Assembly (NCBI GenBank): GCA_963736285.1 | Contig: CAVTOA010000003.1 | Location: forward strand, 281,652-345,651 | Length of the DNA stretch: 64,000 nt | DNA from: an uncultured Acidimicrobiales bacterium | GTDB lineage: Bacteria; Actinomycetota; Actinomycetes; Mycobacteriales; QHCE01 | Reading direction: 5' to 3' | Part shown: one piece after another, positions 46,144 through 58,254 of the stretch | How positions within the stretch are numbered: the stretch's first letter is position 1 | Layout of the letters: the number at the start of each line of letters is the position of its first letter | Program-made: the position numbers and the translations under genes | The notes under the pieces: model-generated | The model's input: only the letters and a program-made list of their open reading frames with translations | What the model was told of the DNA's origin: nothing | Databases searched by the model: none

Positions 46144-47072
46144 CTAACCCAGGGCGTAGGCGATGCCGTCGAGGATGTCGTGCTCGCTCGCGATCAGCTG
46201 ACTGGCACCCGCGGCCTGCATAATCTGCTGGACGATGAGCGCACCTCCGGCGATGATGTCGGCCCGTCCGGGTTGCAACGATCCGATCTCTGCGCGCTGC
46301 TGACGGCTGGATGTTAGTAACCGCTGGGTTACCTGGGAGACATCGTCCATGGTCATGGCGGCATGGTGCACCCGCTGCAGAGTCATAATGGGACAGTCCT
46401 AACGCGATGGCGGTCATCGTCGTTACCGAGCCCGCTACTCCGACGAGCGTGCGTGCAGAACCACGGCAACCCGCTCGGAGCGCGGTTCCGAGACATGCGC
46501 GTTGATCATTTCGTCACGAGCGGCCTCGATCTGCTCAGCGGAAGGTGGGTCGCCCATCAGGCATCGCTCCGTGATGCGGACGGAACCAATGTCGATCGAC
46601 ATTGCCGCGTCGACGCCGTGGCGAGGATTGCACCCAGCACCAGCTCCGTTGAGCCACCACCCACGTCGATCACACACCATGGCGCCGGCGAATCCTGCAA
46701 GCTGCGGACCGCGCCAGTAAAGGACAGATATGCCTCTTCAGCGCCCGAAATGACCTCCGGCTCCACCGCGACCGTCTCTAGTGCCAGCAACCGAAACTCG
46801 TCCGCATTGGACGCATCTCGGGTAGCGCTGGTCGCCACCAGACGTACTTTGTCGACACCAAGCTCATGTAGCTGGGTGGCGAAGCTCACGAGCACCGCTC
46901 GTGCACGCGCCAGCGCTGCGGTGGTCAGCGTGCCGGAGGCGTCGACCCCTTCTCCTAGCCGAACAATCTCGGCCCGCCGGACGACGTCGTGGAGTGATCC
47001 GTCGGCCGAGATGTCGGCGATCAACAACCGAAAGGAGTTGGTACCGCAGTCGATGGCGGCCACCCGGGTCAT
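46144..47072 (-). pseudogene. ppx: Ppx/GppA-family exopolyphosphatase, frameshifted
   Basis: The N-terminus MTRVAAIDCGTNSFRLL ... VIDVGGGSTELV (46557-47072) continues in two other frames (46435-46680 and 46144-46386). The start ATG overlaps the DUF501 stop (ATGA). Confidence 0.8.
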
Positions 47073-47638
47073 GCCCGGCTCTCCGATGTGGACACATCGG
47101 GCTCGACACATGGACCCGAGCACCACCACTCTGATAACTGCGCGAGCGCTTCGTCACCGAATGGATTGACCCCTGGGCCTGCCGCGAGCGAATGGCCCAC
47201 CAGCGCATGTAAACACTTGACTCGCTCGGGCATCCCGCCAGCAGAGACTCCGGCGATCTCCGGCACTTCGTCGCCCAACTGGTCCCGGCGATGCAGGTAG
47301 TCGTTGTGCGCCTGGCGGTATTTCTCGGCTAACTTTGGATCGTCACTGAGCCGGGCGGTCATCTCCCGCATCACACCGGCACCCTCGAGACGGCTAATCG
47401 CCGCAGCGGCCTTAGGACAGGTCAGATAGAAGGTCGTCGGGAATGGCGTGCCGTCAGCCAATCGCGGCAACGTCCGCACCACATCCGGCGAGCCGCAGGG
47501 GCATCGATGCGCGACGGCGACCATGCCGCGAGGCTCACGCCCCAATTGGGTCGTAACCACCTGACGATCGCTGTCAGTAACGCTCTCTTGGACGCTCACG
47601 TGCTCGCGGGACGATCCGCTGCCTGGACGGTTGACCAC
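47069..47638 (-). CDS. DUF501-domain protein (Rv1025-like)
   Basis: CPCGSPDVVRT ... FPTTFYLTCP ... GGMPERVKCLHA. Sits between ftsB and ppx, as in mycobacteria. Confidence 0.8.
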   Translation of the reverse strand: MVNRPGSGSSREHVSVQESVTDSDRQVVTTQLGREPRGMVAVAHRCPCGSPDVVRTLPRLADGTPFPTTFYLTCPKAAAAISRLEGAGVMREMTARLSDDPKLAEKYRQAHNDYLHRRDQLGDEVPEIAGVSAGGMPERVKCLHALVGHSLAAGPGVNPFGDEALAQLSEWWCSGPCVEPDVSTSESRA

Positions 47639-48222
47639 AGTTTCTTATACCAGGAGCCCCGGTTACTACTGTGGCCGCGCTGGGCATCGACGGCCGAGCT
47701 CTCACCCGAGCCCGCGTTCTCATCTTTGATGACATAAGCCATCTCGCCGGGTTGGACATATTGCCGGCGTTTGCGCGCCTGGCTACGGATATAGTCCGGA
47801 TCTTTCCACTGGTCTTTCTGCCCTTGTAGCGCATGAATACGCTCGCGCTGTGACGCCTGGTCACGCTCCATCTGAGCGATCTGTGCCTGCTGGGCAAAGT
47901 ATTGCCGAGCAGGATAGGCCAGCGTGAGAGCCAACAAAGCCAGCACCACGGCCAACACGGCGGCCCGGCCGGTGAAACGCGGACCAGGTCGACGCTGAAA
48001 ACGTCTGCCTGTTTGGGCGGCCCGATTGCTCGCCACCGTGCGCCTGATTCCGGGTCTGCGCCCAGCGGGCTCCCGATCCGAATGTTCTATTTCGCCGGCG
48101 GATCCGCGTAGAGGTAGAAGAAGTTCTAGTTTTTGCTTTACCGCCGCCTTTTCCCGCTGATCGGGGGGAGCGGTTCGCCGCTCCGCGCCGCGCCGCGGCC
48201 GCCCCTGGTCCAGATGAGGCAC
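47596..48222 (-). CDS. ftsB: septum formation initiator FtsB/DivIC-like protein
   Basis: Basic N-terminus, a single TM (AAVLAVVLALLALTLAY), then a coiled-coil (QQAQIAQMERDQASQRERIHALQ) and DPDYIRSQAR. The start is uncertain. Confidence 0.75.
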   Translation of the reverse strand: MPHLDQGRPRRGAERRTAPPDQREKAAVKQKLELLLPLRGSAGEIEHSDREPAGRRPGIRRTVASNRAAQTGRRFQRRPGPRFTGRAAVLAVVLALLALTLAYPARQYFAQQAQIAQMERDQASQRERIHALQGQKDQWKDPDYIRSQARKRRQYVQPGEMAYVIKDENAGSGESSAVDAQRGHSSNRGSWYKKLWSTVQAADRPAST

Positions 48223-48258
48223 CAGAGCCGGCTGCGGAGGGATGACGAACCATTCCGT

Positions 48259-49579
<1,321 letters not shown>

Positions 49580-49775
49580 TTAGGCCATACATTGCGGTTG
49601 TGCTGTGACGCCGATTGAGACAGCCGGTGGCGTCACAGCACCAAGATTCAGCCGGCAGCCTACCGCGCAACCATGCCACTCCCCCGCCGATGCCACAGGA
49701 TTTAGCGAGCTGACCGGTCATTTTCTGAGTTCACTCCAGAAAATGACCGGCAGACACGTGGGGCTAGTCGCGGAC

Positions 49776-50836
49776 CTACGCGGAGCTGGCTTCAGTGGCC
49801 CGAATCTGCCCAGCGAGCCGGTCCGCTGCCGAACGGAGGGCGGCTTCGGCATCGAGACCATGGGAACGGGCGGCGACCACAATGGACAACAACAGATCAC
49901 CCAACCGCTCGGAGTCATCCGGCACATTGAGCCCGGCGAGGCAGGCTCGGCGTTGTGACCGGCACCTGGAACTTCTCCGCCTTTGACAGGTACTTCCGGG
50001 CTAGGGACAGTGCGGGTTGCGCCCTGGCGACACCATCCAAAGCAGACGTTCGCTGCTTTTCGTGGCGCTTGATTTCTTCCCAATTGCGCTTCACATCGTC
50101 TGCGGTCTCTGCCTGGCACCCGCGCAAACACATGCGGGTGACGCCGCACCAGCTTGTCCACTAGGGCGCCAGCGACGTCGTCAATATTCCACCGATCTTG
50201 CTCTGGGTTTTCTTCGGCGAGACGCGCATGGAACACCGGTTGCAACAGCACGTCGCCGAGTTCTTCGATCATCGCCTCACGGTCATTTGCTTCTATGGCG
50301 TCGTAGGCTTCGTAAGCTTCCTCCAGCAAGTACGGCATGAGTGAGCTGTGTGTCTGCTCCGCATCCCACGGGCAGCCACCGGGAGTGCGCAACCGATCCA
50401 TCACCGCGACCACGTCGAGCAGCCGAGCCCCCGGCGGATCCCAGGAGCCGTACACCACCTCTAGCTCAGGCACTGGTCGGCGGTCACCCGCGCCGCTCAC
50501 GCCGTTTTCTCGCACCACGCTATGGCCAAGCGCGGTCGCGAACTGGGTATCGCCGGTTGGTCCCGCGAACCAAACCGGCTCAACCCCGGAGTGTGCGACC
50601 AGCCGAAACGAAGCCGCCTGCTCGGTCGGGGTGCCATCGAGAATTTCAACCGGCACATCGCAGGCACGCAGTGCGGCTACCGCCTCCGTCTCTGCCCCGG
50701 CATAGACGGGATGCGTTTGGAGCAGGCTCCAGGCGCGGGCAGTAAGCAGGCCAGCCGGAAGTCGCGGCGAGGTAACCAGCAGGTAAAGCCGACTAGTGCT
50801 GACATCGTCAATTACATCTGGGGAGGTTTCGGTCAC
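49776..50836 (-). pseudogene. mazG: MazG nucleoside triphosphate pyrophosphohydrolase, two frameshifts in the C-terminal half
   Basis: The N-terminal and first MazG domain are in the frame of 49718-50836. ADDVKRNWEEIKRHEK is in the frame of 49915-50133. The last helix (LGDLLLSIVVAARSHGLDAEAALRSAADRL) is in a third frame and ends with TAG at 49776. Confidence 0.75.
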
Positions 50837-51119
50837 GCAAACCAGACTAGAGCCGACGTCGTCGATGAAACTTTCGGATAAGAGCTAGCTCAGATACAGA
50901 AGCATTTCAAAGTTCACCGCATGCTCTAGCACAGGGTCGAATCGACCAGGTAAGCTTGTGAGCGGTTGCAGTCGTAGTTCCTCGATCGTTGGTAAGACGC
51001 CCGCGGAATGTAAGACAGCGGGCACTTTTTGGGTTTCAGATCGTCTCCCGGAAAGCCGTCCGGCAATCACGAAGCGCACAACGTGTGTGGTTCGTACCGT
51101 TTTCCGCAGGGAGAAAGTT

Positions 51120-51326
51120 ATGGCTCAGCAAGGCACCGTCAAGTGGTTCAACGCCGACAAGGGCTTTGGATTCATTGCACCAGACGGTGAGGGTCCAGAC
51201 GTGTTCGTTCACTACTCCGCCATCAACAGCAATGGGTTCCGCAGCTTGGACGAAGGTCAGCGAGTGGAGTTCGAAATCACGCAGGGCCAGAAGGGTCCGC
51301 AAGCGGAGCAAGTTAGCATGCTCTAG
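51120..51326 (+). CDS. cspA: cold-shock protein CspA family
   Basis: 68 aa. [33 protein letters not shown] includes the RNP1/RNP2 motifs. Long 5' UTR-type upstream region. Confidence 0.95.
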   Translation: MAQQGTVKWFNADKGFGFIAPDGEGPDVFVHYSAINSNGFRSLDEGQRVEFEITQGQKGPQAEQVSML

Positions 51327-51339
51327 ATGCTCGCAGAGG

Positions 51340-51370
51340 ATCCCCGCCCAGCTGGGCGGGGATTTTTTTT
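51340..51370 (+). terminator. intrinsic terminator of cspA
   Basis: TCCCCGCCC-AGCT-GGGCGGGGA followed by T8. Confidence 0.85.
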
Positions 51371-51409
51371 GGCTCTGCTCCCTTGCAACGCCTCCGACAT
51401 CGTCGCGCT

Positions 51410-52456
51410 TCACAACGGCGCCTGGTAGTTGTTTTCCCAAGCATCAACCCGGAAGCCCAGGCGCTCATTGATCGCCCGCATATAACGGTTCTCGGCCGCG
51501 TTCCACGTCTGAATCTCATGTACATCAGACCGCTCTTCCGCAAGCCAATTGAGCATCGCCGACTTAAGCCAGATACCCAAGCCATGCCCCCGGTGTTCAC
51601 GCACCACCGAGGTGTCCTCCTGCCAGGCCCGAGAAGGCGTCCAATGCGAGATAAGTACCTCGGTAAGGCCCGCGATGGCGCCCGTCGCTTCATGTACCGC
51701 GACAACGACTCGTAGCTCTTTCCCTACCGCATGCTGATGCTCGAAAGCCCGTACCGCTTCGGTGTTCCAATGCCATGGTTCGAATTCGAGGTCGCCGAGA
51801 GGGGCGTCAGCCATAGCATTCTTAGCGGCGGCATAGGCACGCACCACATTGTCAGGCGCGGAGCCCACCCAGCTGACGAGACGATACCCCTCCCGGCCCG
51901 CCTGAAGCTCCTTCTCCACCAGAAAAGTGTCCATAGTAGATCTGGTGATGAGTGAGCGGGCCTCTACTTGGGCTAGGGAAAAGCCCCAACGTTCAGCTAC
52001 GTAGGAACCGGCACCGCCAGCAACGGCCGCACCGTCTAGGACCGTCCGGTCGTGATCGCGTGCGGTTTTGACCGCTGCGGCAAGCAGCCTGGTTCCGTAA
52101 CCATGAGCACGATGCTCGGGGGCGACAATGATGTCCACTTTGACTCGCTGCCTGTTTTGTACCAGTGGCAGGCGCAACTCAGCCACTCCCACCACATTTC
52201 CGGTGTCTCGCGCAAGCCAGAAGTAGCGCTGAGTGTTGACGTTTTCCGTAGTCAGCTCCGCCGTGGTGTCTTGCTGCACCGGGAGCGGGTCTTGTGGGAG
52301 GTCAACTGCCAAGGCGGCGACGACCACGTCGTGCCATGCTCGCAGGATCGCCTTGTCTGCGTCCACAGGTGAAAAACTGTCGATGGTCACATCGATGTTT
52401 TCCCAGCTCACTGACGAGACCAAACTACTTTGATCTTCGGGGAGTTCCATCCCCAT
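51410..52456 (-). CDS. tandem GNAT-domain N-acetyltransferase
   Basis: Two acetyl-CoA-binding-type segments (VAPEHRAHGYGTRLL and VVREHRGHGLGIWLK). Confidence 0.75.
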   Translation of the reverse strand: MGMELPEDQSSLVSSVSWENIDVTIDSFSPVDADKAILRAWHDVVVAALAVDLPQDPLPVQQDTTAELTTENVNTQRYFWLARDTGNVVGVAELRLPLVQNRQRVKVDIIVAPEHRAHGYGTRLLAAAVKTARDHDRTVLDGAAVAGGAGSYVAERWGFSLAQVEARSLITRSTMDTFLVEKELQAGREGYRLVSWVGSAPDNVVRAYAAAKNAMADAPLGDLEFEPWHWNTEAVRAFEHQHAVGKELRVVVAVHEATGAIAGLTEVLISHWTPSRAWQEDTSVVREHRGHGLGIWLKSAMLNWLAEERSDVHEIQTWNAAENRYMRAINERLGFRVDAWENNYQAPL

Positions 52457-53306
52457 CGGACAGACTTGTCAAAATTTTCATAGGTGGTCTATCCGTAAAG
52501 CGATCCAAGGGATGAACAGACTCCTCTTTTTTCGACTTCTTATATTGAATGAGATCGAGACCTAATTCCTTCCGGGAAATGTTCACTTCGGCGCAAATTC
52601 GCTCCATTTCCTTAAAAGAGGGATGGTATTTTACGCTTAATGCAACTCCGTTCGACAAGTTTGTTTGTAGCGAGCGCAGAAAAGTCCCGAAAAACTCTTG
52701 CTCATCCCAGGTATGATTTATTGGCGATAGCCTGCAAAGAATGTTCGCGGTTCTTTCTCGAACCTCTGGCGGGTACTGGTCGCAATCCTGCAGATCATCT
52801 ATTCTTCTCGCAATCTCCCCAACAATAGACTTCCGAGGGAAAAGATTAATGAATACTTGCTTTACTTTCTTATTGGACGGATCTTGATCCGCAAAAATTC
52901 CTCGCTCTTCCCACGTAAGGCCAGGCCAAATGAGAAAATGCTCCTCCCCCAGATCGATGGTGTTGTCTTCTTCATTCAGAGCGACATTCACTCTAGGGCC
53001 GTTTAGTTCGTATTGCCTTTTCTGTCTACATTGCTCTAGGTAGTAATGGTTATATTCGTTTCTTACCGCAAAAGGAAGAATCAAGTTCATGCCAATGAGT
53101 AACGGCATTTTTTCGCGAATAAATTTTTTATCTCGATCAGATAAATGAAAAAAACGGTCAGCTCGAATTCTATCCGCTTCTAACTTCGATTTCCCTTCCA
53201 AATCATCTTGAAAGAAACTCATCAGCCACGGCGTACGTGGCATTCCCACCCTTTCGAGAAACACGCGGGCCTTATTCCAGTTGGACATGACACGCGATCC
53301 ACTCAA
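52425..53306 (-). CDS. orphan hypothetical protein encoded in a low-GC insert
   Basis: 293-aa uninterrupted ORF (an alternative ATG start is at 53288). A sampled stretch, 52561-52740, is about 44% GC against about 60% in the flanks. Lys/Glu/Asn-rich. No motif recognised. Confidence 0.55.
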   Translation of the reverse strand: MSGSRVMSNWNKARVFLERVGMPRTPWLMSFFQDDLEGKSKLEADRIRADRFFHLSDRDKKFIREKMPLLIGMNLILPFAVRNEYNHYYLEQCRQKRQYELNGPRVNVALNEEDNTIDLGEEHFLIWPGLTWEERGIFADQDPSNKKVKQVFINLFPRKSIVGEIARRIDDLQDCDQYPPEVRERTANILCRLSPINHTWDEQEFFGTFLRSLQTNLSNGVALSVKYHPSFKEMERICAEVNISRKELGLDLIQYKKSKKEESVHPLDRFTDRPPMKILTSLSDGDGTPRRSK

Positions 53307-53367
53307 TGGCCAACGTTTGCTCCGGCTTGGTACGCGCTAGATAGGTGCGGCATGACCTCGCTCCCCG

Positions 53368-56300
53368 CTACTCAAACACCTGCTCGATGAGCGTGGTGCA
53401 CCACCGCAGCAGCTCAGCGTCGCGCAGTGGTTTCCCGCCGATGCGCGCCGTGGTCGGCGCCGGGACTGTGACTACTTGGGCGGCTTGCTTGTACATTGCC
53501 CCAGGGTAAAGCCGCTGCAACCGCATCACCCGGCTTTCTGGAAGATCGACGGGCGCGAACCGGATGGCGCGGCCAGCTACCGCAATGTCTGTCAATCTGT
53601 GCGCTCGGGCAAGAATCCGGAAAGCCGCGACACCAAACAGATGCTCCACTTGTTCCGGCAAGAGACCGTAGCGGTCGAGCACCTCTTCTCGGACGGCCCG
53701 CAACTGGTCGGCCGTTTCGGCCGCCGCCAGTTTGCGATAAATCTCAAGCCGTAAGCGCTCGCCAGTCACGTAGTCGTGCGGAATGTTGGCATCGATCGGC
53801 AAGTCCACTTTGACCTCTGCCGCTTCTTCATTGCGCTCGCCTTTGAATTCGGCGACAGCCTCTCCCACCATCCGGACATACAGATCGAAGCCGATCGCGG
53901 CGATGTGCCCCGACTGCTGACCGCCCAGCAGGTTGCCAGCGCCACGAATCTCCAGGTCTTTCATAGCGACATACATTCCCGCACCCAGCTCGGTGTGCTG
54001 GGCGATGGTGGCGAGCCGTTCATGCGCCGTCTCAGTAAGTGGACGTTCTGGCGGGTAGAAAAAGTAACCGTAGGCGCGTTCCCGCCCACGCCCGACCCGA
54101 CCACGGATCTGGTGTAGCTGGGAAAGCCCGAACATGTCGGCACGTTCCACGATCAGCGTGTTCGCATTGGGCATGTCCAAACCGGACTCAACGATGGTGG
54201 TGCAGACCAGCACGTCATACCGCTTCTCCCAGAAGCCGACCATGACCTGCTCGAGCGCGTCTTCGCTCATTTGCCCGTGCCCCACCGACACTCGGGCCTC
54301 TGGCACGAGCTCACGGATTCGTTGCGCCGCGCGCTCGATCGACTCCACCCGGTTATGAATAAAGAAAACCTGCCCGTCCCGCAGAAGCTCTCGACGAATC
54401 GCAGCAGAGATCTGCTTGTCGTCATAGGCGCCCACGTAGGTAAGAACCGGGTGCCGCTCCTCCGGCGGGGTGGCGATAGTCGACATCTCGCGAATGCCGG
54501 TCAGGCTCATCTCCAGCGTGCGTGGGATAGGCGTCGCCGACATGGTGAGTACGTCAACCGCCGTGCGCAGATGCTTCAAGTGCTCTTTATGCTCCACTCC
54601 GAACCGCTGCTCTTCGTCCACAATGACTAGTCCGAGATCTTTGAACCGCACCCCCGGCTGTAGCAACCGGTGCGTGCCGATGACGATGTCGACACTGCCC
54701 TCGGCCAAACCCGCCAGTACGTCCTTTGCCTCCACTTCGGTCTGGAACCGGGAAAGCTGAGCGATCTTGACCGGGAACTGCGCCATTCGCTCGGTGAAGG
54801 TGCCCGTGTGCTGCCGAGCCAGCAGTGTGGTCGGGACCAGAATGACCACCTGCTTGCCGTCTTGCACCGCCTTGAAAGCCGCTCGCACCGCGATCTCGGT
54901 CTTGCCGTAACCAACATCACCGCAAATGACGCGGTCCATCGGATGCGGCTGCCGCATATCGCCCTTGACCTCGTCGATGGCGGCCATTTGGTCAGGAGTC
55001 TCGGTGAACGGAAAGGCATCCTCTAGCTCACGTTGCCACGGGGTGTCGGGGCCATACGCGTAGCCCGGCGTGGCGGTGCGGGCGGCGTAGAGACGAATGA
55101 GTTCAGCAGCGATCTCCTTGACCGCCTTGCGCGCTCGGCCTTTCGCTTTCTGCCAGTCGGCACCACCCATCCGGTGCAATGCCGGCGCTTCTCCCCCGAC
55201 ATAGCGGGTCAGCTGGTCGAGCTGATCGGTCGGAACGAACAGTCGGTCGCCCGGTTGCCCCCGCTTGCTCGCGGCGTACTCCAGTACCAAGTATTCGCGT
55301 TCGCCGCCGTTGATGGTTCGACGCACCATCTCGACATAGCGACCGACTCCGTGCTGCTCATGCACCACATAGTCGCCTGGCTGCAGCTGTAGCGGATCGA
55401 CCGCATTACGACGACGGCTCGCCATTTTGCGCGGCGCCTCGGCCGGGCGAGCGCCGGTGAGGTCGGTCTCGGTGATGACCGCCAGCTTCAGGGACTCGAG
55501 GGTAAAACCCCGATCCAGCGCACCCGTCGTGACCAGCACTTGCCCCGGTGTAGGTTTGTCCACAATGGACCCCACGGTGGTTGCCGGGACGTCAGCATCA
55601 TGAAACTGCTCCACCGCTCGACGTGCGGTTCCGTGCCCCGCCACGACGACAACGACCCGCCAACCATTGCGTGCCCGGTCGCCGATCTCCGCAATCGCTT
55701 TCTCAGTGTCGCCGCGATATGCCGGCGCTGGATGCGCGTCCACCGTCACAGCGTCCGCGTCGGCTAATGGGCTGACCGTCCACCATGGAAACTGGCGCTG
55801 CTGGGCGGTGGCCCGAGCATCGGCCAAGCTATGGAAAGAGGCTGCCCCGAGATCAATGGGTGCTTGGGCCCCGACCGCAGCAGCGGCCCAGGAGGCCGCC
55901 AAAAACTCCTCACTCGTGGCGACCAAGTCATGCGCGCGGGTGCGCACGCGCTCCGGGTCACACACCAGCACATGGGTCTTGGGTGACAACGCGTCAAACA
56001 GCAGTTCAAGTTTCTGACCAGACGCCGCGTCTATCAGCACCGGCATCAACGACTCCATGCCCTCTACCGGAATGCCGTCAGCGAGCTTGTCCAGCAGCTC
56101 CGCAAGATCGGGACGCTCAGTGCAGAGTTCAGCGGCGCGCTTGCGCACCCCGTCCGTCAGCAGCAATTCACGACACGGCGGCGCCCACAGTCCATGGGGC
56201 GCGACTTCCAGAGAACGTTGGTCTGCCACCGAGAAGTAGCGAACCTCGTCGACCTCGTCGCCAAAGAACTCGACCCGCAAGGGATGTTCTTCCGTGGGCG

Positions 56301-56982
56301 GGAAAACGTCGAGAATGCCACCCCGCACCGCGAACTCACCGCGTTTCTCCACGAGATCAACCCGCGAGTACGCGAGCTCGACCAACGTGCGCACGACCTC
56401 GTCCAAATTCGCCGACTCACCAGAGCGCAACGCGACCGGATCAATGTCGCCCAATCCAGCAAGCTGCGGTTGAAGAACGCTTCGAACCGGCGCAACAATC
56501 ACCCTGACCGGACCGGTCGTGGGATCGTCACCGCTCGGATGGGCGAGACGACGCAACACCGCAAGCCGACGTCCCACCGTGTCCGCCCGAGGCGAGAGCC
56601 GCTCATGCGGCAGCGTCTCCCAGGCTGGATACACTACGACCTCATCCGGCGGCAGCACTGACCGCAGCGCCAGCGCTAGGTCTTCTGACTCCCGTTCCGT
56701 TGCGGTGACTACCAGCAACGGAACGCCCGCACCGCCCTGTTCTTGGTCAGTGGCGAGCGCGGCCGCCACGAAGGGCCGCAGTGCATCGGGGGCGGTGAGT
56801 TCGACGCCCGGGCCTTCATCGCTGCGGCCCAGCGCCCGAGACACCACATCGGCCAGGACCGTGTCGCCGAGTATTAGCGCGCCTAAGCCGACCAGTGAGG
56901 AAGGGGCGCTCACAGCACTGTCAGAGGTAAGAGAAGTTGAGCTGGAAACAGGAGGTGCGGAGCCGGCGCCGGGGGAGGTCAT
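53368..56982 (-). CDS. mfd: transcription-repair coupling factor Mfd
   Basis: 1204 aa. Contains a CarD-like domain, SF2 helicase motifs ([24 protein letters not shown]) and a TRCF C-terminal domain. Confidence 0.95.
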   Translation of the reverse strand: MTSPGAGSAPPVSSSTSLTSDSAVSAPSSLVGLGALILGDTVLADVVSRALGRSDEGPGVELTAPDALRPFVAAALATDQEQGGAGVPLLVVTATERESEDLALALRSVLPPDEVVVYPAWETLPHERLSPRADTVGRRLAVLRRLAHPSGDDPTTGPVRVIVAPVRSVLQPQLAGLGDIDPVALRSGESANLDEVVRTLVELAYSRVDLVEKRGEFAVRGGILDVFPPTEEHPLRVEFFGDEVDEVRYFSVADQRSLEVAPHGLWAPPCRELLLTDGVRKRAAELCTERPDLAELLDKLADGIPVEGMESLMPVLIDAASGQKLELLFDALSPKTHVLVCDPERVRTRAHDLVATSEEFLAASWAAAAVGAQAPIDLGAASFHSLADARATAQQRQFPWWTVSPLADADAVTVDAHPAPAYRGDTEKAIAEIGDRARNGWRVVVVVAGHGTARRAVEQFHDADVPATTVGSIVDKPTPGQVLVTTGALDRGFTLESLKLAVITETDLTGARPAEAPRKMASRRRNAVDPLQLQPGDYVVHEQHGVGRYVEMVRRTINGGEREYLVLEYAASKRGQPGDRLFVPTDQLDQLTRYVGGEAPALHRMGGADWQKAKGRARKAVKEIAAELIRLYAARTATPGYAYGPDTPWQRELEDAFPFTETPDQMAAIDEVKGDMRQPHPMDRVICGDVGYGKTEIAVRAAFKAVQDGKQVVILVPTTLLARQHTGTFTERMAQFPVKIAQLSRFQTEVEAKDVLAGLAEGSVDIVIGTHRLLQPGVRFKDLGLVIVDEEQRFGVEHKEHLKHLRTAVDVLTMSATPIPRTLEMSLTGIREMSTIATPPEERHPVLTYVGAYDDKQISAAIRRELLRDGQVFFIHNRVESIERAAQRIRELVPEARVSVGHGQMSEDALEQVMVGFWEKRYDVLVCTTIVESGLDMPNANTLIVERADMFGLSQLHQIRGRVGRGRERAYGYFFYPPERPLTETAHERLATIAQHTELGAGMYVAMKDLEIRGAGNLLGGQQSGHIAAIGFDLYVRMVGEAVAEFKGERNEEAAEVKVDLPIDANIPHDYVTGERLRLEIYRKLAAAETADQLRAVREEVLDRYGLLPEQVEHLFGVAAFRILARAHRLTDIAVAGRAIRFAPVDLPESRVMRLQRLYPGAMYKQAAQVVTVPAPTTARIGGKPLRDAELLRWCTTLIEQVFE

Positions 56983-57015
56983 ATATCGAGCCTAAAGCGT
57001 GCCCCCATGGCCGTA

Positions 57016-58185
57016 TTACCTGCCACTGAGCTCTGCGTAGATATCGAGATAACGCGGAACGATGTGCTCCGGACGGAAATGATCCAGCGCCCGTTGCCTG
57101 CCGGCAGCGCCCATTTGTGTGCGGATTTGATTGTCCCCGATAATTCTCAAGGCCGCGTCGGCCATGGCATCGACATCTTTGGGGGCGCACAGCACTCCGG
57201 TCACGCCATCCTCAACCACCTCGGGCAGGCCGCCGACCTTGGAGGCGACCACCGGCACCTCACAGCTCATCGCCTCCAGCGCGACGAGGCCGAAACTCTC
57301 GGTCGTGCTGGGCAGTAAGAAAACATCAGCGATGCTCAGCATCGTTTCCAAATCTGGGCACAGACCTAAGAATTGCGTGCGGCCAGAAATGCCGAGCTCT
57401 TGGGCCAGCTCGTACGCGCCCGCCCGTTCCGGACCATCGCCGACCATCAACAGCCGTGAAGGAAACTCAGAATTGACCCGAGCGAAGGTTTCGATGACAT
57501 CGTGCACCCGCTTGACAGGTCGGAAATTGCTGACGTGGATGAAGATCGCCTCATCGGGGTGTGCATACCGAGCACGCGCTTTAGCGTCGTTGTTGCGACG
57601 AAACCGCTCGGAATCAACAAAATTATGGATGACGTCTATAGGGGCGTCCACGTCAAAAACTGCCCGCGCTTCCGCCGCTAAGTAATGCGACACAGCGGTT
57701 ACTCGATCACAATTTTGAATGGCATGACGAGTGGAATGCCGAAACGCCGCGGCAGAACCCACGATCGTCACATCTGTGCCGTGCAACGTGGTGACCACTT
57801 TGGAGCGTCCCAAAATGTCGCGTGCATGGAGCGCGCTCGAGGCGTGCGGGATCGCATAATGCGCGTGCACAACCTCGAGATCATGTTCGGTAATGACGTC
57901 AGCCAGCGCGTTGGCCTGCGCGAGCTCTGGAAAGGGCTGCTCAAATAGCGGATATGAATAGCCGCCCACCTCATGGAAGAACAAGCTGTTGGGGGTCGTT
58001 CGCCCAAGTCGGAAGGGCAAAGAAGAACCCACGAAATGAGTGGCGTTGCCCGCCTCGGCAGTGAGCACACCGAGCTCTGTGGCGACGACCCCAGAGCCGC
58101 CGGCACCTGCATGGCACAAGACTGCGATCTTCACAACTGCGGATGGTAAAGCGACCGCCTTAGCACCGAACACACCGAGTCCCAC
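57016..58185 (-). CDS. GT4 glycosyltransferase closely resembling BshA (N-acetylglucosaminyl-malate synthase)
   Basis: GGSGVV ... LPFRL ... HAHYAIPHA ... TTLHGTDVT ... [10 protein letters not shown] ... [29 protein letters not shown] closely parallels Bacillus BshA as I recall it. The start is uncertain. Confidence 0.7.
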   Translation of the reverse strand: MGLGVFGAKAVALPSAVVKIAVLCHAGAGGSGVVATELGVLTAEAGNATHFVGSSLPFRLGRTTPNSLFFHEVGGYSYPLFEQPFPELAQANALADVITEHDLEVVHAHYAIPHASSALHARDILGRSKVVTTLHGTDVTIVGSAAAFRHSTRHAIQNCDRVTAVSHYLAAEARAVFDVDAPIDVIHNFVDSERFRRNNDAKARARYAHPDEAIFIHVSNFRPVKRVHDVIETFARVNSEFPSRLLMVGDGPERAGAYELAQELGISGRTQFLGLCPDLETMLSIADVFLLPSTTESFGLVALEAMSCEVPVVASKVGGLPEVVEDGVTGVLCAPKDVDAMADAALRIIGDNQIRTQMGAAGRQRALDHFRPEHIVPRYLDIYAELSGR

Positions 58186-58254
58186 CTTTGGCGGGAGAAA
58201 CCGGCTTCGCTTCTACCCCCTCGACGGTGCAAACCGGCACATTTGTGCTAAAGC

